NCBI GenBank assembly: GCA_010356995.1
Contig: ML996697.1
Location: forward strand, 616,153-680,152
Direction of reading: 5' to 3'
DNA: 64,000 nucleotides
Source of the DNA: Trichodelitschia bisporula
Taxonomy: Eukaryota
In this document: positions 60,751 through 64,000 of the stretch, one piece after another
Numbering within the stretch: position 1 is the stretch's first letter
How the letters are laid out: each line of letters starts with the position of its first letter
The notes under the pieces: model-generated
Databases searched by the model: none
Seen by the model: the letters and a program-made list of their open reading frames with translations, nothing else
Told to the model about the DNA's origin: nothing
Made by a program: the position numbers and the translations under genes

Positions 60751-61525
60751 ATGCCCCGACCACTCTCTCTTCATTCTTTCGGTGTCCTTCGGACCTTAAG
60801 ACAGGCACAGAAGAGGCAGGCACATACGAAACCCACACCAATCCCGCAAAACTCGCACGTCGTACGAGACTCCCTCCTAAAACTCCCTAACAAGCTCAAA
60901 GCTAACGAAGCCACAGTACGCGATCCCCTCTCCCGAAAAGCCCAGCGAATACGTCCTTACTCTCCTCCCTACCATACCTCCCAACCCGCTCCTGGCGCTG
61001 GGCACAACGAGCGCCCTACCCCCCGGCCCGTCCACCTTCACCCTCAACCCGGCCTTTTCCCCAATACTCTCTGCCACGGTGCGCGAGTACGGCGCCACCG
61101 ACCCGGACACGGCGGTTGCAGCCTCAGTCTACGCAGCCAGCTCGCAGAGCAGCGCGTTCTTGGCCCGGGGCTCGGGAACGGGACACAAGAAGACGAAGAC
61201 GGTCGACGATAAGGGCCGGGAGGCCGGGTCGGGTGTTCGGGGTGGGTTTGTGCATATCACGGACAGGAGGGCGGAGCCAGAGTTCGGTCGTGTGCCGGAC
61301 CCGGAGGATATACTTGGGAGTGTTGAGGTTGATGGGGAGGGGAATGTGATTGGCGACCATGTGGAGGACAGTGGCACATACAGGGTTGTTACGCGGAGAG
61401 GAGTGTGAGTGCTTTCCTTGCTGCGGATGCAAATGATTCTAATGAACAGGCTGGGACTGTCGCCCTATTTGAGGGAGAAGTTGGTTGAGCGGCTGAAAAA
61501 GCTCGAGGCGGAGGAGCAGGGATGA
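60751..61525 (+). CDS. Conserved uncharacterised fungal protein, probably mitochondrial
   Basis: Arg-rich, acid-free N-terminus. Motifs GGFVHITDRRAEPEFGRVPDPEDILGSVEV and SGTYRVVTRRGV-LGLSPYLREKL. Introns 60862-60916 and 61405-61449. Confidence 0.85.
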
Positions 61526-62860
61526 GAACGGGGGATGTGATCGAGGGTTGGATATGCGACGACGAAGAAATGGAATGAAGACGCCGAGTTGGATCTCTCT
61601 GGCTTCTTCTCTCCATGCTCGACTGCTGTTGCCGAAGCCCATCCACGCAGACGAGCAGGCCACACAACTCTTGAAATGGCATCGGTACTTAAACGCGAGA
61701 GGGGAAAGCATACATCCACTGTGATTCATCTCTCGACGGTATACTTTCCTGGCACTTTCTGGCAACTGCGTCGGTCCATTGCTTTCAATATACTCCTTTT
61801 CGAACATCATATCTTCCTCACTATCAGCCGCGGATCTCAAGGCGCCAGTCGTTCTCACCACCGAAAAGATTGCTCATGTAAGGGGTATTGCTGACCATTA
61901 CCAGATTCTCCTAGGGGACTCCCATGGCCATGAGTGACCCTATGATGCAGCTGTGCATAATATCCTCGGATGCGACACTGTTCGACTGCGATGGGAAGCT
62001 GACGACAAGTGTTCCAGCGCCAGCTTGATGTGCAAGCTTCATATTTTTGGGGGTTGGTTTTGCGGCCTCCATTTTCTGTTAGGTGCTGCTGTCAAGGCTC
62101 GATATGATCGTGAATGATGACCATGCTTCCTCAACAAAGGGCTGAAAATGTATCCAGTGGTGTAAACGGGAGATGCCGGGTGATACACGGCATGCAATAC
62201 AGAACATCTGAACCGCATCAATGTTAGCGATTCTTCATCACATCCAAAATGAACATGCATCCACATACCTAGCTGGGATTTATGGGTTATGGTACAGGAC
62301 CGAGTGACAACTCATTCATTAGCCTTCTTCTGATATAGCACTAGAGTCGCCAGATCAAGCACATCTCCCTCATGCCGGCGATATCACCACCTCAGCCGCG
62401 CGGCTTCACGGCTGCTCACAGCCTCGGGACAGCCGCACCACCGCACTACCGCACAGCCGCAGCGATTGAATGAAAGACCAGTGGTCTCGGCGGCCCTGAG
62501 CGAGTGAATTTCCCAGGTCCCTCAAGTACCCTCACTGCCACTGTTCTCCACTTCCTCTCCACATCTTCCTCCTCAGTTTCTCATCAACTCCTCTACATCC
62601 TCATTCCTTAAACATCAGCTATACACCACACCCACATGCCTTATTACTTGCTCGCCCGCGCAGAACTTTACGTGGCTCCCCGACCATACCCACGAGTGCT
62701 ATCGCGTCGATTTATCCGCTGGCGATACGGTTTTCATCCATTCTGTTTGGATCCACGCTGTTTGGACGCCCGAAAACAGCCTGGCTATCGGAGGCAACTT
62801 CCTCACCCGGCTCCACTATAGCATACGTGCTCCTGAATATACCGCCGCTATATCCAGCCG

Positions 62861-63373
62861 TTGCGGTGGCATCTAGCGCATTCAAAAAAGGGCCAACCTA
62901 TAGCCATGGCGGACGCCGTCAATAATATCATCGGCGAGATTAAAGGTGTCAAGCGTCCTCGCTCTCAGCAAACCCGCCATGTGTCGGACTGGGCTCGATT
63001 CTCCATCCTCCCCACCCACAGTGGGCGGGAGCCAGCACCGACCCGCAACTGTGCGTCCTCGAGGTTTCTGACCTCGGACCCAAGGCTGGGGCGCGTGAGC
63101 CCAACAATAGCCATCCCTATTTCTGGCGCATGCCAGGACCTCCGGCGGTGGACTCCTAACATGGGGTCCGGTCCTTTTCGGCCCCTGGAAGAATGGTGCC
63201 ACAGGCCGGATAACACGCGTCCCGCTCTCGACATCTTGCGCGACGTGATCGATCTCAAGAAGACGAACAACGGCCTCATGAAGCCCACGCTTACCGACGA
63301 TCTCGTCTGCGACACCCACGCCAAGCTGTACAACCAAATGGTCCCCACATGCTCCGCCACTGCCCGGCGCTGA
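62861..63373 (+). pseudogene. Probable degenerate fragment of a HIR3-like histone chaperone gene (C-terminal part only)
   Basis: LDILRDVIDLKKTNNGLMKPTLTDDLVCDTHAKLY resembles the C-terminal motif of filamentous-fungal Hir3 as I recall it. There is no long upstream ORF. Confidence 0.5.
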
Positions 63374-63399
63374 ACTGCTTGCTCTCCTTCTTTCAAGGT

Positions 63400-64000
63400 G
63401 GGTCGCAAGAAGCGCTCAAGCAGTCCGGGAGAGACTGCGAGCGTGAGAACGCAGCGACCGTTGAACAGACTCGCCGCGCCCTTTGTCAGCAGGAGGATGA
63501 ACTTAGCAACATGATCATGAACTTTGTCAACGACGCCATAGCACTCAAGGTAAGCTGTTTAACCAGATCGACAGGACATTCGGGATTTTCATCTCTAACA
63601 CCGACCAGATCGTCGCTCAGAACCGTCAGCTTGGGGAGCAAACCTCAACCGAACCGTCACCGCGACAAACACGGAAGTCTCTCAAAATCAGGCCAATACC
63701 GAGGAACTGGGCCAGGTGTTCCCTGCCAACGCCGAAAATGCTTGCCTTCAGCGAACGTCAGTGGCCTTGCCGGTGCTTCTATTCTCTATATATACCGGGC
63801 CTCAGACTGGATCGAGAGGCCAAAGTCGGGCAGGGCTTGCTCCTTTTTTTATACCGGAAGGAGCTCCTCACCTATTACTCCCCACCACTTCTGTATAAGA
63901 CTAGGCTTCGATGGCTACCTGCGATCTCATATCTCCGATCTTTGTATATTCAACCACTGCCACGACCCGAACGACGAGCTCGCCCATCAGAAGCTGCTCT
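63400..64000 (+). other. Possible spliced coding remnant running off the window end
   Basis: Canonical intron 63550-63608 (GTAAGC..CTAAC..CAG) follows a helical-looking segment EQTRRALCQQEDELSNMIMNFVNDAIALK. The spliced frame appears open to the window end. Confidence 0.3.

Overview
Gene-dense, GC-rich nuclear DNA from a filamentous ascomycete (Pezizomycotina-type). It has many short GT-AG introns, mostly 41-64 nt, with CTRAY branch points. Most of the window is housekeeping genes: PIG-H/GPI15, DEG1/PUS3, a STE7-type MAPKK, SPT6, eIF3i, C1-tetrahydrofolate synthase, SMC1, an EAF-domain protein, NOT3/5 and DTD1. It also holds a DUF6536-like membrane protein, a solitary O-methyltransferase, a C2H2 zinc-finger gene, a frameshifted S41 peptidase pseudogene and a probable decayed HIR3 fragment. 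I found no rRNA, tRNA, CRISPR array, intact transposon or biosynthetic gene cluster, and no clear multi-gene novel system. The items most worth follow-up are: (1) a spliced 65-aa, 8-Cys DnaJ-type zinc-finger microprotein missed by the ORF track; (2) two in-frame splice donors right after the catalytic Gly-Pro of DTD1; (3) a Hub1/UBL5-like domain fused to a long RD/RS-rich extension; (4) a ~2830-aa acidic disordered protein with an ER/K helix tail. All gene models were spliced by eye and family names come from motif recognition, not database searches.
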